Notes under the pieces: generated by a model
Told to the model about the DNA's origin: nothing
Seen by the model: the letters and a program-made list of their open reading frames with translations, nothing else
Database searches by the model: none
Translations under genes and position numbers: made by a program
Shown here: positions 1 to 14,171 of the stretch, piece by piece
Position numbering within the stretch: position 1 is the first letter of the stretch
Layout: each line of letters starts with the position of its first letter
From: the human T2T-CHM13v2.0 reference genome, Homo sapiens
Assembly (NCBI RefSeq): GCF_009914755.1
Contig: NC_060932.1
Length of the DNA stretch: 64,000 nucleotides
Direction: 5' to 3' (one strand)

Positions 1-263
1 TGTTCCAAGGCTTCTGAAAGATATGAGATAACCTTTCGCTCTATCACTCACCCTGGTCAAATAGTTTCTCATTTCGTATCATTGCTACTACTTGCTATTG
101 TAGAGTAAAGAAAAGGCTGGTCAACAGTAGCTGCTGAAGACACCAACAGTCCCACATCCTGGCCCACTAACGTTTTTCTCTACTTGATCTTTCAAAAATT
201 GTTAATAAAAAGGCCCTTATTTAAGGCGGCAGAGTAGGAGTTCTCAATTATAAAATATTTCAG

Positions 264-323
264 GCTGCTCTGCCTATGGAGTAGCCATTCTTTTACTCCT
301 TCACTTTCTTAATAAAAAAAAAT
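264..323 (+). mobile_element. Short ERV1 LTR fragment (MER41/LTR8-like, poly(A)-signal region) ending in an A-tract
   Basis: gctgctctgcctatggagtagccattcttttactccttcactttcttaataaa matches the recalled MER41/LTR8 segment; an A-run follows directly. Confidence 0.55.
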
Positions 324-1094
324 TCAGTATTTTTAAGGCTTGAGTAATTCTAGTTTTGACTCATTTCTCCTATACTTTTATGTACCTAACTAAAGACTTA
401 AAGTAGTTTTTGTCTATTTGCTTGACAGTTTGAGGGAAGAGGATGTCATTGTAGTCTGACTTCAGTAATCTCTACTGAAAACAACATTCCTTTACATTGA
501 TTTGAGTTGTTGACTTTCAAATAGAAGAATTTTGGCCTTCTAACCCAGATACTTTTAAAGCTATGGTTAGGGAGCTTATCTGATTTTCTAACTACCTTCT
601 CATATTTTTAGGGCTTCCTTTGCTTTGATAAGTAAATTGGGATAAATAAACATTCTTAGTATTAATTTTTAAATGCATGTACCCAAAATGTTACTTACTG
701 GCAGCATAAAAGTAAAAATTTAATTTTCAGATAATACTGACATAGATTCTCTATGTTCCTTAAGAAAAAAGAAAACATTTAACATAACTAAAAGTAATGA
801 TCATTCCTTTTTAATTGTTTACATTAATATTTGTAATTTAGGTTATAAATATATTTTAAAAGATGCCATTCATTCCCAATTTAAATGCACAAATTTAATG
901 TATTTTACTAAATCTTAAACATACTATTTATAAACATTTTAATGCTTGGTCATCAAAGTGGGTGACTGCTTTGGAGAGGACTAAATTTCAGAAATTATAC
1001 TATATGCTAGCTTTCTTTTATCTGCAGCTCCATTTAAATATTTTATATATCCAAGTGCAACAGATCAAGAAAGTAAAGTATGCATCTAACCCAG

Positions 1095-1227
1095 TATATA
1101 TATATATGTATATATTTATATATATTTATATATATTTATATGTATAGTTATATAGATATTTATATATATTCATATATATTTATATATTTATATATATTTG
1201 TATATATATTTATATATAATATATATA
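1095..1227. repeat. (TA)n-rich low-complexity tract
   Basis: Direct inspection; it explains ORFs 962..1147 and 1080..1271. Confidence 0.95.
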
Positions 1228-1674
1228 CACTAAACTCCTGGGAACTTGGCTGTCATGGTTATCTTCGGTGAGGGGAACTATCATTTAAATGCCTAATATC
1301 TGATTCTCTATGAGCATTGTGTCATTTACAAATCATGACACCCCTACAATGTGGGTATGAGTAATACCCTTAAAATATACTAAATATACATTGAAAGACA
1401 TTTGACTTACTCAACGTCTTACACCCAAGAGAGATGAAATTTTACTCTTCCAAAGATGTTTCTTTGTAATAAGCTCATAAAAAAAAGATAACAGAGGATT
1501 GGAAGAGAGAGGTTTTAGAAGACACAAATTCAGTAGCCATTTAATTTATCATTCCAACCAGGATACTTTTGAGAATAAAGGGAGTAGTATTAATAATTAC
1601 ATAGGCACCAAAATATGAACTGTGACTATTTGGGGGCACTACAATGTACTACTTTAATTCTAGACATAAAAGAG

Positions 1675-2121
1675 CGTACTAGATTTTGTGTTGCTATAAA
1701 AGAATACGTGAGACTGGGTAACTTATGAAGAAAAGTGGTTTATTTAGCTCATGGTTCTGCAGGCTGAGAAGTTCAAGGGCATGGCACTGGCTTCTGTTGA
1801 GAACTTTCATGCTGAGTCATAACATGGCTGAGAAGGTCAAAAGGGAAGCAGACATGCGTAAAGAGAGGACCTGGGGCATGTCTTGGCTTTATACCAGCTC
1901 CCTGTCATTGGAACTTATACAATCCCAAGAGAATTAGTCAAGCTTCATGAGAGCAATAATTCATTAACTACCTAGAAGAACAGCAAGCTATTCATGAGAG
2001 ATCTGCTCCAACATCCCAAACACCTCCCACTGGGCCCCACCTTCCAACACCACCACACTTGGAGATTAATTTCAAACAAGAGCTTAAATGGGGATAGACA
2101 AATCATATCCAAGCCATAGCT
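1675..2121 (-). mobile_element. MaLR solo LTR (MSTB/MSTC-like)
   Basis: ttgctataaaagaatacgtgagactgggtaac...gctcatggttctgcaggctg...cacctcccactgggccccacct...atccaagccatagc. Confidence 0.85.
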
Positions 2122-2204
2122 GCAGCCAAGGCAGACAAGACATGCCATTGTTTAAATTTAAATAGGGCCAAAAGAACACACTTCAGTTCTGATCCAATAA
2201 ATAA

Positions 2205-2945
2205 TTAATTCACAATATTTTAATAAAAACAAAATATATTTATTGAGAGCTTACCATAATCCGAACACTTTCCTAATTGTGGAGGTTTTGACAGTGATCA
2301 AGAAAAAAGACAGATCCTGCCTCCTTTTGCGAGCTTTCATCCAAATAGGGGCAATAAACAAATATAAGCAAAACAATGAATAAAATAATTATAAACAGTG
2401 ATACCTACTATAAAGAAACAATGAGTATCAATTCATGTCTTTTTGAAGAAGAGACACTTATTCCTTTTGTATCCTAGTCAATAAGTTATGAGGCGGGGAT
2501 AGCTCAGTAGAAGGAAATAGCTGCCTGTTCCCTGGCAGCTCTTGCTCTAGCCTGCTCTTGCTTGGCTAAAAGTAATTTTCAGTTAAAAGGGTGGCCGTGA
2601 CTTGTTATTAGTGAACACAGAATCTTGGGAAGGATTCATTATGTGAAATGTGAAATAAAAACTTTCAGGCAAAGGGAAAACTAAGTATATCCAAGGTGGG
2701 AAAAATTTTGCAGTTCATGAGGACTTAAAGATGACTCCTTTGAACTATGGGGGAGGCAGGTGTGGAATAGAGGAGATCAGGAAATGAGGTCAGAGTTAGG
2801 TGGGAGCAAAATCACTTCGAGATCATGCAGAGTATGGGGAACTGATAAGTTTAAGCCCCAAGGCTCAGAGATGCTACTGACGGGTTAAATGAAGACAAGT
2901 AACATGATTTGATACTAGTTTTTTAAAAAAATATTACTCTGGCTT
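2205..2945 (-). mobile_element. L2 3' fragments (interrupted)
   Basis: atatttattgagagcttacc...gacagatcctgcct...gagctttcatcc; ends with atgatttgat...attactctggct. Confidence 0.6.
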
Positions 2946-3298
2946 TCTTCTTCATCCCTTTACCTTTGTCCCTTTCTTTATCCACCTGCAATTCCAGTAA
3001 CATTGTTCATGTTATCCAGATTACAAAAATTTAAACACTTACCATTTGTATAACTGTTTTCCCTCTTCTTTCAGATTTTTTACTTTCTTTCTCTCAAGAG
3101 GCTGTGAAACCACTTTAGGGTATACATCTGGTCAGACTACAAGTGTCCAATGCTCTTGGAGACATTTGTTACGAAGTAGTAGTTGGGTGACATGGTTTCA
3201 TTGTTTTAATGAAAGTGAAATGGAATTAATACATTTTTGTATTAAAATGGCTCTTTAGCGATCTGACTGCTAGGGAAAACAACAATTTTTTGTTCGAC

Positions 3299-3812
3299 TG
3301 TGCTAATAAGTCTTCAAATTTAGTTCCCAATAAACCTCACTTCCTGGTATTCATGCTTTTGTGTATTCCACTCCCCACAAGTATAAACTAATCCTAGTGA
3401 TCAATAAACTACAGTAAGTTGATGAGATGTCAATCATGTAATTAACTTACAAAAGTTTGTGACTTCCATGTTGCTAAATCATCCTCTCTATTGCTTTTTT
3501 GACTTGCACAGTTTGATGGAGAGACTCAAATTAACAAAGAACTGTGGAATATTTCTAGCCAAAAGCCACTGGGGAACTGATTCCTGCCAACAACCACTGA
3601 ACTTCGAAGTAGATCCATCAGCAACTGGACCCTCAGATGCGACCCATGTATGACACCTTGATTGGGATCCTGTGAGAGACCCTCAGGCAGAGCACCTAGT
3701 TAAGTCAAACTCAGATCGCTGACTCCCAGAAACTGTAAGGTAAGAAATGTGTGTTATTTTAAGGCAATAAGTTTTGTGGTAATTTATTATGCATGAATAT
3801 ATTACTAATGCA
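3299..3812 (+). mobile_element. MaLR solo LTR (MLT1E/F-like)
   Basis: cttcctggtattcatgcttttgtgtattccactcccc...gacaccttgatt...tgtgagagaccct...cagaaactgtaag...taagttttgtggtaatttattatgca. Confidence 0.85.
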
Positions 3813-4138
3813 TTCATGAAATACAGTTTTACTCTTAAAACATGGGCTGTGGGCTATCATTTTACCTCTTTCTCTATTGTAGAATTTGTAAACCCAACAG
3901 ACAGGCAGCAGTATGACCTTAAAGGCCAGTAGTTGTGTGTGATTGAGAAGGCATAGATTCTTAAGCATCAGTCACCTTCAAATAAGGTGACTAATGAATG
4001 AATAATTAAAATCATTTAACTTACTTAAAAAATCTTCTTTTTTCAAGTACTTTTAAAATTTTGTTTGAAATACATTGTTACTAGCACCTCAATTATTTCA
4101 TATTCCCTCTGAAATGCAATGATTATCTTTCTCAATTA

Positions 4139-4552
4139 TTTTATTAGGTCAGGTTCCCTAGAAGCAGAGCCTGAAACTGGGAAATTTGTTCAAATATTTT
4201 ATTGAGGGGAGTGCTTTCAGAAGAAAGGGAGTGAAAGAAACAAGATGAGGTAGTGAATGAACTCAACAAAGATATTTTCTCAATTGGAGACTAACTTCAG
4301 TCTCAACCCATGCAATTTCTGGGATTATGGCTCTACCACAGAGTTAGCTTTTCCCTTGAGGAGAGTGCTCCAGGCTTTTGTATCTGGCTGAAAGTCAGTT
4401 ACTGAGGGAACACAGACTCCATGTAGAGGAAGCTCCCAGTTAGGTGAGGGGAATTCACAGAGAAAACAGGAGTTGGTGTTAGCCAACAGTCAACAGCGTC
4501 TAGGGAACAGGTGAGCTGCAAGTAAAAGACAGGGGCACAAATTTCCACTACA
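4139..4552 (-). mobile_element. ERVL solo LTR (LTR33/LTR16 group)
   Basis: ttaggtcaggttccctagaagcagagcctgaaac...tttattgagggga; terminal tccactaca is the reverse complement of TGTAGTGGA. Confidence 0.7.
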
Positions 4553-6739
4553 ATAGCTATGCATTCTGATTCTTATTTTTTATTTTTCAGATAGGCTGGG
4601 AAAATGGACACTTGCAACTTTTTTAGTCATGATACTTCCTAAAAGATATCTATAAATGTTAACTTCAGTATGAAATGGGTGTTGAAGAGACACAAATATA
4701 TTGCGGGATGGGAAACACAAAATTGATCACTTAATAAATATTAATTGAGGAACTTTTGTATGCAAGCATTTACTAATTATTTTTAAAAATGCAAAGATGT
4801 TTTATGTTTTAAAAAATCCCTTCAACTCACATTCAAGAGAAAAAATTCTTTCAGGTATTCTCTCATTGTCACAAATTTTTAAAATAACAGTCTTAAGTAT
4901 GTACAAACTTAAATTAGGCCTATCTCTCCCTCTCTTTGAATATTTTTGATTAAAAATGAGAGGCAATAGTCTTGAAATACTAATGGACTAGAATATGCTT
5001 ATATTAATTATTTGCATATGGTATACCATACAAATTACATATTACCTAATGAAAATTTTTATAGCTGTCTTCGGTTACTGGATTCTTGTTTGTATAATCT
5101 TAGGTAATAGCATGTGTCCATTAGGTTTACTTTGAATATGACAGTCCATTGAGTTAACATTTGCTTTCCTATTGAAGACTGTTGGCTGGCTACTAATAAG
5201 CTAAATCCTAAATGTTTCTGGGTTTTCACTATTTAGGAAATTCATTTAATTTCTTCCTATTTTGACACTAATATTAGGTCAGCCCACCTCTGAAAACATT
5301 GTGCTGAAATGGCTGTCTTCATATATTCCTTATTGTTGTACTTTGGTGAAATTGTCACTTTCGAGTCAAATTAGGGATCATTCAACCAGAGCCACAGCAG
5401 CAGTGGTAATCAGCCTCAGGTTATTTCTTCCACTTGAGAATTTTCAAGGCAGCCACTCATAGTTCGTTTCATACTTTTCCAAAGCATTAATGTCTATTGC
5501 TTGCATTGGGTAATGAGTCTGAGTTTAAGTTTATAATTGCATAAATTTATGGTTTCTGTTTGGTAGTATTTGGTTTTTGCATTTGACTCCAGGTTTTCTT
5601 TGTTACAAAAATATTTTTTGCTTTTTAATATTTTCATATCAAATTTTATTGCATCAATTTATATTAACAACTTATAGCCAATTGTTTTAGTTCATGTTTT
5701 TTCCCTAATTTAGGAAAAGTTCCTAATAAAATTTACCATCATGTAGTCAAGGATTCTATGTATTAATTAAATAAACACTATGCTTTTTTGTACATTCTGT
5801 AATGTAAAAGAGCTAAAAGACCCTGACAAATCATAAACACACTTCTTTGAAATACTGCAGTGTTAATAATGAAGGGGCAAACTTACTGAATTCAAAGAGT
5901 AATTTTTTTCAGATATTTCTCTTTTTCTGAATCTCAGAAAACTATATTTTAAAATTTGAAGAATTTAACTATGAAGAATCACCAAGTATATTCACAATTT
6001 TAATCTCATATATGCCTTACCTTTTAAAGTTGTACAAAACTGAGCTGTTTTAAGTCTTCAATGACACTTTAGATAATCATTCTATAAATAAGGGCAGAAT
6101 TCACCCCCATAGAAATACATATTTTTAGTCATTTGAAATTCTGAATGTGAAGAGATAAATAGTATCATTTTAGTTCAACAGCTTGAGCTTTGATCAGCAG
6201 GGATTTCATGGCTGACTACATCGTTGCTTTCACAGCACTCTCCTGCATACCTGTCACCAAACCTCCAGGTCAATCTCACATTTACTCTTGAAGAAATGGA
6301 GTCGAAGATGAAATAGAAAATAATTAGGTAAGGCCAGTGTAAAGAGGATGATTACGTTTTTCTGCATATCATACAAGTATAAAAAATACTTAGTTTTTTA
6401 TAAAACAAGTTTAAATTTTAACTTATTACTTTCAACTCCCCAAGCCTGGTACTGTCAAGGCAATGCCATCTCAGCTAACCCAAAGCACAATTTTAGGAAA
6501 TCAGCTTTTGGTAAATACACATCCAGTGTTTTCCTCTTTTTTCTCCTCTACCAATAGTGTAAGCGTATTTTTAATAATTTCTCATCATTCTTAGAATAAA
6601 TACCAATCCCCTTAGAAAGGAAGAAATCTACGCCTTTTAAATTTACTCCTTCAATTCTCTGTACTATGTTTAATGACTTAGTAAGACAGAGCTCTTTGAC
6701 CTTACTCATACATACTATTATCATTCACTTTTATGTATA

Positions 6740-7045
6740 TTTCACCCCATACATAGAATTCCTCTTTAAACATTTTTTTCTTAGCTTACTGCTTAGTGAG
6801 AGGCATATTTGTTTCCAGAAAAAGTTCCCCTTACCCCCATAATGGGTCTATTTTCCCTACTCTACAGTTTGTACTTCTTGTTTCTTTCTTAATACTCATC
6901 ACATTATTTTAAATTATCAATTTGCCCTTCAGCTAGAATTAGAGTCCTTGAGAGCAGAGATTTATATGGTAATCATTACTCTTTTATAGCTAGTTCTTTG
7001 CCCAGAGTTTGATACACCCACACAAAAATGCTGGTTGAACTAAAA
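6740..7045 (+). mobile_element. L2 3' end
   Basis: ctagaattagagtccttgagagcagagat...cccagagtttgatacac...aaatgctggttgaac. Confidence 0.55.
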
Positions 7046-10000
7046 CTTAACATGTTATCGTTATTGTTATTTTCAAAATCCCATCAGCTTCCTCGGTGTT
7101 TATTTTATTTTGACTAATTTGTGCCAAATTTGCTTGAATTGCATGAATGTAAAATAAATAAGTGATACAGGAATTATGCTGTATTATTAATAACACTATT
7201 GATTGGGTAGCTCATATTTTTATTTTGAAATGCTAATCCACACAACCCATCCAATAACTGTTCCATTAGCACATCAGTTCAGAGTTTAGATTTTGCTTTA
7301 GTTTTGGGTTTTGTTTTAGCCTGTAAAACTTCACAAGCAGGAAGGAAAGTGTTTATCTCGTATATTGCTGTATTGCCATTGTCTAGCACTAGCTCTTGCT
7401 GCTCAATATATTGTTACATATATAAAGTCCATATAATAGAGTTGAGGAATAGCTCTTATGCTATACATTTTATTTTGATTTGCAAATGTATGTGGCTTCT
7501 TCCCCTAGTGTGCAGAGGAAGTTCTAATCTGTATGTAGGAGAGGCCATGGGACAACAAGCGTATCCATAGCTATATTTCATCATGTTTTGTGTTGTACGT
7601 TCTCCATACATTTTGTTATTTTCCTAATTTTCCTCAAACTACATGAGTGCATGGTTAACTCACATAAAATTATATACTAGGAGTTAAATTTTAATTTATC
7701 TTTTTTATTTTTTTCTTAAATGTGAGTTAACTCTTCACTATATCTATAGGAAGAATAGTTATAATCTATACTTTATCATACATTTGTAACATTTAACTAT
7801 AGGAAGAATAGTTACAGTCTATAAAAACTTTCTATAGTCTTCAGTTTTCAGTGCATCTGAAAACTTTCGTATTACTACCTGCCTTTTGAATGAAATTCAG
7901 AGGTAAAATTTTGTGAAGCATAGTATTGTGTGTTTTATTAAAATAAAGGTATATATTCATACATATATATGCTATGAATATAAGCATAAATATATATATG
8001 CTACTGCATTTTAATTCATCTTCTAACTTTATTACTCTATTTAAACCACAATATATTCTTCCTGCTGTGAAGTATTCTTCATGACTCTATTGCTTATTGT
8101 TATGATTCCATTATGCTGAGATGCCTACAGATATTATCTTTGTATATTTGTCCCATTATTTTACTGCTTAATATAATTTCCAACCCTTGGTATCGGCCTT
8201 GGAAAGTTCTGAAGATTTCCTTTGAGTTTTTAAGCAGATAGATGACATCACAATTTTCTCTTAAATTTACTTATTTCTGTAATTTCTATTCTGTGTTGAT
8301 ACTTGAAAGATGGATAAAACAAAGTCAACATTTTTTGAGAATGATGAAATTTCATCCTTCATGTGACAATAATGAGAAAATATTCTGGATAATTAATACA
8401 TTTAGTCACAGTCAAAGTGTATCATTCCTTAGAGTAACAGCATAACATAATTTCTCACATTCTCATTTTTCTCATTCTAGCTATAAAAATCTGTTGTCTA
8501 GACTTCTGTCTCACACACTTAATTTTTAACTATATTTACTGCTCTGAATTTGCTAACATTACATCTTTCAAATAGATAAATACAACACATTTCCAGAAAT
8601 TAGGAAAATAAATTAACACAAAAGATAAGTCAAAGTTGAGCATTTTTTTTAAATTTTATTTTTCTATCCCCAGATTTGGGACCAATCTGGAGATAGAAAG
8701 TGCTATTCATTTCCATGGTTAACAGTACTTTTCAAAATCTATAGGACACCCCAAATGTGACAATAGTTACGTATTGCCAATTAGAAAATGTGTTTATTAG
8801 TTGAGTGAGTGAATCTAAATTGTTACTGTTTCCATATGACATTGAAAATATATGAATATTGAGTATGGCTGTGGTGTTGCTACTAATAATTAACTTTTGT
8901 ATATTATAAGTGCTTTTTAAAGTTAAATTTTCCTTGGGAATAAATGTTATTAGACAAGAACCTTAGTCTTACATTCCACTGTCTCATTCAGGGATTTAGC
9001 ATAGAGGACAACATAGAAACATCACTCCCTGTTTCAAACCCATAAGCAGAGCTAGATGCATGCAGGAGATGCATGCCCTCTGACTTCTCATAATTTCTAT
9101 ATTTTTTTATGGTGGCAAAGTCATCACATATTAATCTATAACATATTCAGGGAGTTTTGTTTGGCTGATTTAAAAGCATTTTCTTCCAAACTCCCATAAA
9201 AATAGAGACTATAAATTGGTTAACATAGATTGCCCATGGCAGCACATTTTTCAAATGAAAATTTTCATTTCAATGGATTTTATGCAGAGCCTTCAGAGAT
9301 TGTTCAAATCGCCAGCAGCCAATTTAACCATGCTAATCTTTGTACCTGAGGGCCTAATTCTTAGAAAAGCTTTTGGCATGTTTTCAGAGACTACTCATAA
9401 TGATTATATAGATGAACTGTGATTTCTAGTTGTCTGTATTATAATCACCTCATTTTATGATTTGGAAAGTAGAAAGAAAAGTCACTTTCCCCCCAATTAC
9501 ACACATGTACCCACACACAAATGGCCGTAATCTTTTGGATTAGGGTTCTGAGCATCCATCTGAAGTGAATAAATATTTCTTTGTAAAGGTAATATTAAAA
9601 ATGGAATGTATACATTTGAACTGAACTAGTCCAGCTATAGATACGTGCTCTATCTGACCACTTTACACAATTGTTTACAGTTTTACAAGACATACATAGT
9701 TACCATAGCAACAACTCAACATAAGTATGGTATAAAACTTATTCTACTCCAGGAAAGAAAGCCACTTCAACAAAGTGTTGGGCACACGTTATAGGTTGAA
9801 GCCAAGTTATCTTATTTTTACTGAGAATTATCTTCTCCAAATCATAGCTGGACTATTACAATTTATTATCTTGAAAAAAATATATAGTTCAATGTTCAAG
9901 TATTCTAACCAAAAAGACCATACCTAAGACATTCTATAGAAATCCTTCTCAGATAGCTGGGACTTCTTATCAGGGAAGTTGTTATAATCTATATGCTTAT

Positions 10001-10850
10001 GTTTTATTGTATCAGTCCCTAATTCTTACAATGAAAAATTCATTTGATTCAGTCTGAATTTATAATTCTATATTTATTTATGTTTATTTTATAGGATACA
10101 TAAAAATAGATTCATTATTTAATTCTTTAAATCCATAAAATGCTATCAAGCATTTATATTAACCTAAGTACTATTCAAAGCATGGAAATTCAGAGAAAAA
10201 GAAAACCACATACATGCCTTTAGTAAGGTTAGAATATGATATATCCTTTTCATTTTTTATTTTTTAATATAAAAAACAGTAGTAATATCATCTTGGATTT
10301 GTTTCTTCTTTTATTTTTAAAACTTTTATTTTATTGTTAATTCTTCCTTGGAAGTTCATACACACACATCTCTAAATATTAATACTTATATGTATGTATT
10401 TAAGAGTACACCCTTTATTTGATTAACAATTCCTGATAAATTATATGTGAAGATTGTAGAACAAGTATATTTAATTTTATGGGATCCGAATTTATTTAGC
10501 TGTGGATAATACATTAGTTAACACTAACATAACGAGAACTTTACTTAGCATATGAAGTACACAAGGCACAGCACCAACCAAAGATGTATAAACCATAATG
10601 TCTGACCGTAAGAATCTACAAGAAAGCAAGAAAAATAAGACAATATAATATGACCACAAATAACCAACGTCTTAAATCACTATTTAAGAGGCTCTTCAAC
10701 AGTATATTGACAACTATATGAGTAGGATGGTGCATAAGTGCTAACGGTTGAAAGGAAAATGATTTTTTTTTCTGAAGGTGTGTTATAGAAAGCAACAAAT
10801 CTACAGGTGTCACTTGTCCTGTATCTCCAAGAGTGTTTAAGGAGGGTTTC

Positions 10851-11007
10851 TAGTGGTTCATAACTTTGACTGAACATTATAATTGGTGAACTTAAAAACT
10901 ATTCCTGACCCATCCCTAAGAAATAATAAAATAAATCTGCAGTCTCAGAGATGGTTTTCAAGGTCCTTAGGTAACCCAAATATGCAGCTCACACTGAGAA
11001 CCACAGA
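10851..11007. mobile_element. MER5A-like hAT-Charlie MITE
   Basis: Terminal inverted ends tagtggttcataa...tgagaaccacag, ~155 bp apart; internal ggtaacccaaatatgcagc. Confidence 0.65.
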
Positions 11008-12146
11008 GGTAAACATTCTAGTGTTTACCTCTGCGTGCAATGTGTTCTAATGTGTGCAAACACATTGTAGAAAGAAGAAATAATATTTGCAAAGAACAGA
11101 GAGGGGAAAATAAATGCAACACACACACACAGTAACAGAATACATACAGTCAAACCTTTAAGTATTCTAAGAAAAGAAGATTAGTTTTGAGGCTAAGGAT
11201 GGGGAACTAAAATAAATTTATTCAAAAGACCATAGATTTTAAGAGAACAGGGCAAATGAGAAGGGGAAGAAGAAGAAGAAGTAGGAGAAGAAGGAGAAGG
11301 AGAAAATAAATATAAGCCATACTTCATATCATATTTAACATTTTGATTATTATTTTATATAATAAATTGGATCCCAGTGAAATACTACTTTGATTTAGCA
11401 TTTTAGATTTAACATTACCATGACATTCAAGAGAATAAGAATTCTTTCACAGGATATACTTATAAGTGTCTTAACTGGATTTTAAAATTTCACAGTTTGA
11501 CCTTGCAATGGACTGGGCAGCTACATTAGGAAATCATAGTGTGGTTTTCTTTAGAGTTCTCCTTCACTGAAGAAACTGTAACACAGCTATGCAGCAGGGT
11601 CCTCTTAAGAAAGAAAGGGCATGATCTCTTCTGTTTGAGAGCCTCTTGGCAATGCTCAATTCTGATCAAGAGTCACTTAGTGATTAGTTAACATGCAGTC
11701 TACTTCTGTTGATTAGTTTTTTAAACCTCTTATGAGTGTAAAATATTCAATCTAATAGGTATCGTTCAGTTCTGATACTAAAAAGACACCCAATCCAAGT
11801 AGATGAAACATTCAAATGGGTCCTAATAATCTTCAATGAATTTTAACTAATTTTCAGGGATAACAAAGCACTTCAGATTGAAGTCAATTCATGTATACTA
11901 TTTACTCAGGAACTTTTAATTTTTCCTATCACATACATGCTGTTGCTGGGTTTCTTATTTGTTAAAAGATATTTCATTCCCTACTGTGTTTACCCTTTGT
12001 TAGCAAAGTTGGTTTAGAGTGACATAGCCTGATGAAACCCATAAAACAGCCATAAATTGCTCTTATATGGGATAAAACAATATTTGAACACTATATTTCT
12101 TAAAAATATAATCTTATATTGGGTGGTTAGAAGTGATCTTCACATC

Positions 12147-12172
<26 letters not shown>
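12147..12172. repeat. (GT)13 microsatellite
   Basis: Direct inspection. Confidence 0.97.
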
Positions 12173-12180
<8 letters not shown>

Positions 12181-13489
12181 ATATGAAAGACTTTTAAAAG
12201 TAACTTTAAAAATACATATTTTTATATACATATTTTCATACATATTTACATACATTTTCTGTTTTCAATTCATCTAGGTTTACATTAGACTATGTCCTTA
12301 GTTTGAGTGTTAAAACTATAAAAAGAGAATAAAGTTACAGCAGAATTAATTGCCAAGGATATGACAGTTCGAGCACTACAGTAAAAAATGAGACACAGGT
12401 TTATAAAAACATTTAAATTCTGAATTTTTGCTTTCTTAGGTTTCTCTGTCAGTAATAGATAATTGTTAGTATGAAATATTTTAAAAGGATATACAATTTG
12501 ATCAGTTAATTGATTTTAAGGATCTTTAATTTCAAGTTTATCCTTACTCTTTCAAAGATTACCTTCACATTGTATAAATTTCAGCAGCACATAAAAAGGC
12601 AATCTGTTGCTTACTTTAAAGACAATTATTTCAGTAGAGCAGTGTTAAAGCTTCGCCAATCCAGAATCTAACCCACATGGTATCAGTTTGAATCCAATTT
12701 AGACAAGTTTGACTAATCTCACCTTGCCTAAAAGTACTATAAATATTAAGCTCTCACTAAAAGCTCTTTGTGATATTTCTGTCTCCTGTTCAACTCCTGA
12801 CTCCTTTTCAGTTAATTTGCAACAGCTTCTACATCTGGTAGGTGACTGGATCCATGATCCACCAAATAATTCCTAATTCTTCAAACTCGATTCAGTATTT
12901 GTTGTACATAATTTGTATTTACCTTTGTTTTTCCCAAATATCAAGCCTTTTAAAAATATGAATTATGTTCTAGGTCCACTAATTTTATTTTTGTTATATA
13001 AATTTGACTCTCTTCATTATACAGATAATGAAATGCTAATATAGGAATTGAATGTCAGCTGCAGTGCTCAGAAGCATAAGGTAAGGGGAGTGACTTTTGA
13101 CCCTTAAGGAGAATGTTGAGTAATTTTGTCTCTGTTGTGCATATGGCAAAAATAAGTAACTGGATATCAGAGAAAGTGAGAATGGCCTCCAAGAATCAAA
13201 AAGCCATTTAGCTTATGGTTTCTGGTAGAATGCATTCTTCTTTAGGCTGTAAAATTGGTAAAAGACATTTTGTAAAAATTAAGTTACATTTTATAAAAAA
13301 CAAAATTAAGTTTACATTAAAAAAATTATTACAGTAAAACTTCCCATCTCTGTTTTGAAAGTGGCATTAATTTATGGTGTTGGCACATTGGATGATTTCA
13401 AAATTTGCCATCAGCATCATTATCACAATAAATAAAGATGTTAAGTTATCACATTTTTCAAACTGTTTTCTACAAACTGTGTCGTACAC

Positions 13490-14171
13490 AATTGTGCCAA
13501 AGTAAATTTATTATACATTTGTAGCATTTAGCTTTAAGATGTATACTTGAAAAATACCCTTATGTTTACTTGTCAGATCAATTATTTCTCCCTTTCAAAG
13601 TTGATGCAACCAAAATCCAAACAAATAAGTATTTTTACTTTTATTTCCCTAAAATTGTGATACATCAAGAGTCTCAAATGTCTCAGTAACTCCTAGCAAT
13701 ATAGATAAGTTAATTTGGAAATGCATTGCTGATTCTGGTAGGCATAGGCTTCTTCATTTGACCTAAAGAATTGTGATCGTTTACCCACTTTTTCAGAAAA
13801 AAGAATGAGCTATTGATTATAAGCATAGCACGTTAATATACCTAGTTTTGTCGGTTTTTCTACCAAACGTTAAAAGAGGTACAGGATTTGCTCAGTGGTG
13901 AGAGTAGAATTTAATAATAAAACTTTAATCATCTTGGGTTTTCTTTGTGATGTGACTCTAGAGTTTTGGAGAAGGTCTCCCTTGATCTATTTCCAGCAAT
14001 GAAGGCATCTACATTAGTAGCTGTTGAGGAACACCCACATTTTTAGGATCATCAAAAGCCATGCATCAGTGTGGTGAATGCATCCCCTACTGAAAACAGC
14101 CAGTGAGGCAGAAAGGGAGAGTTGTACAGAGAGCACCTGATTGTAGCGGATCAGAAGGACTGTGTTTGACC
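13490..14171 (-). other. Candidate terminal exon / 3'UTR of an unidentified minus-strand transcript
   Basis: Minus strand: long pyrimidine tract tctttattttttttctattcttttc, then AAG TAG acceptor at 14177-14172; higher-GC body; UGUA directly before AATAAA at 13512-13507 with TGTGT downstream; no repeat recognised in the surrounding sequence. Confidence 0.4.

Noticed and set aside
962-1271. Tyr/Ile-rich ORFs
   Set aside because: Translation of a (TA)n tract.
2492-2520. ggcggggatagctcagtagaagg resembles a tRNA 5' end / A box
   Set aside because: No anticodon arm, GTTCRA B box or acceptor-stem complement follows.
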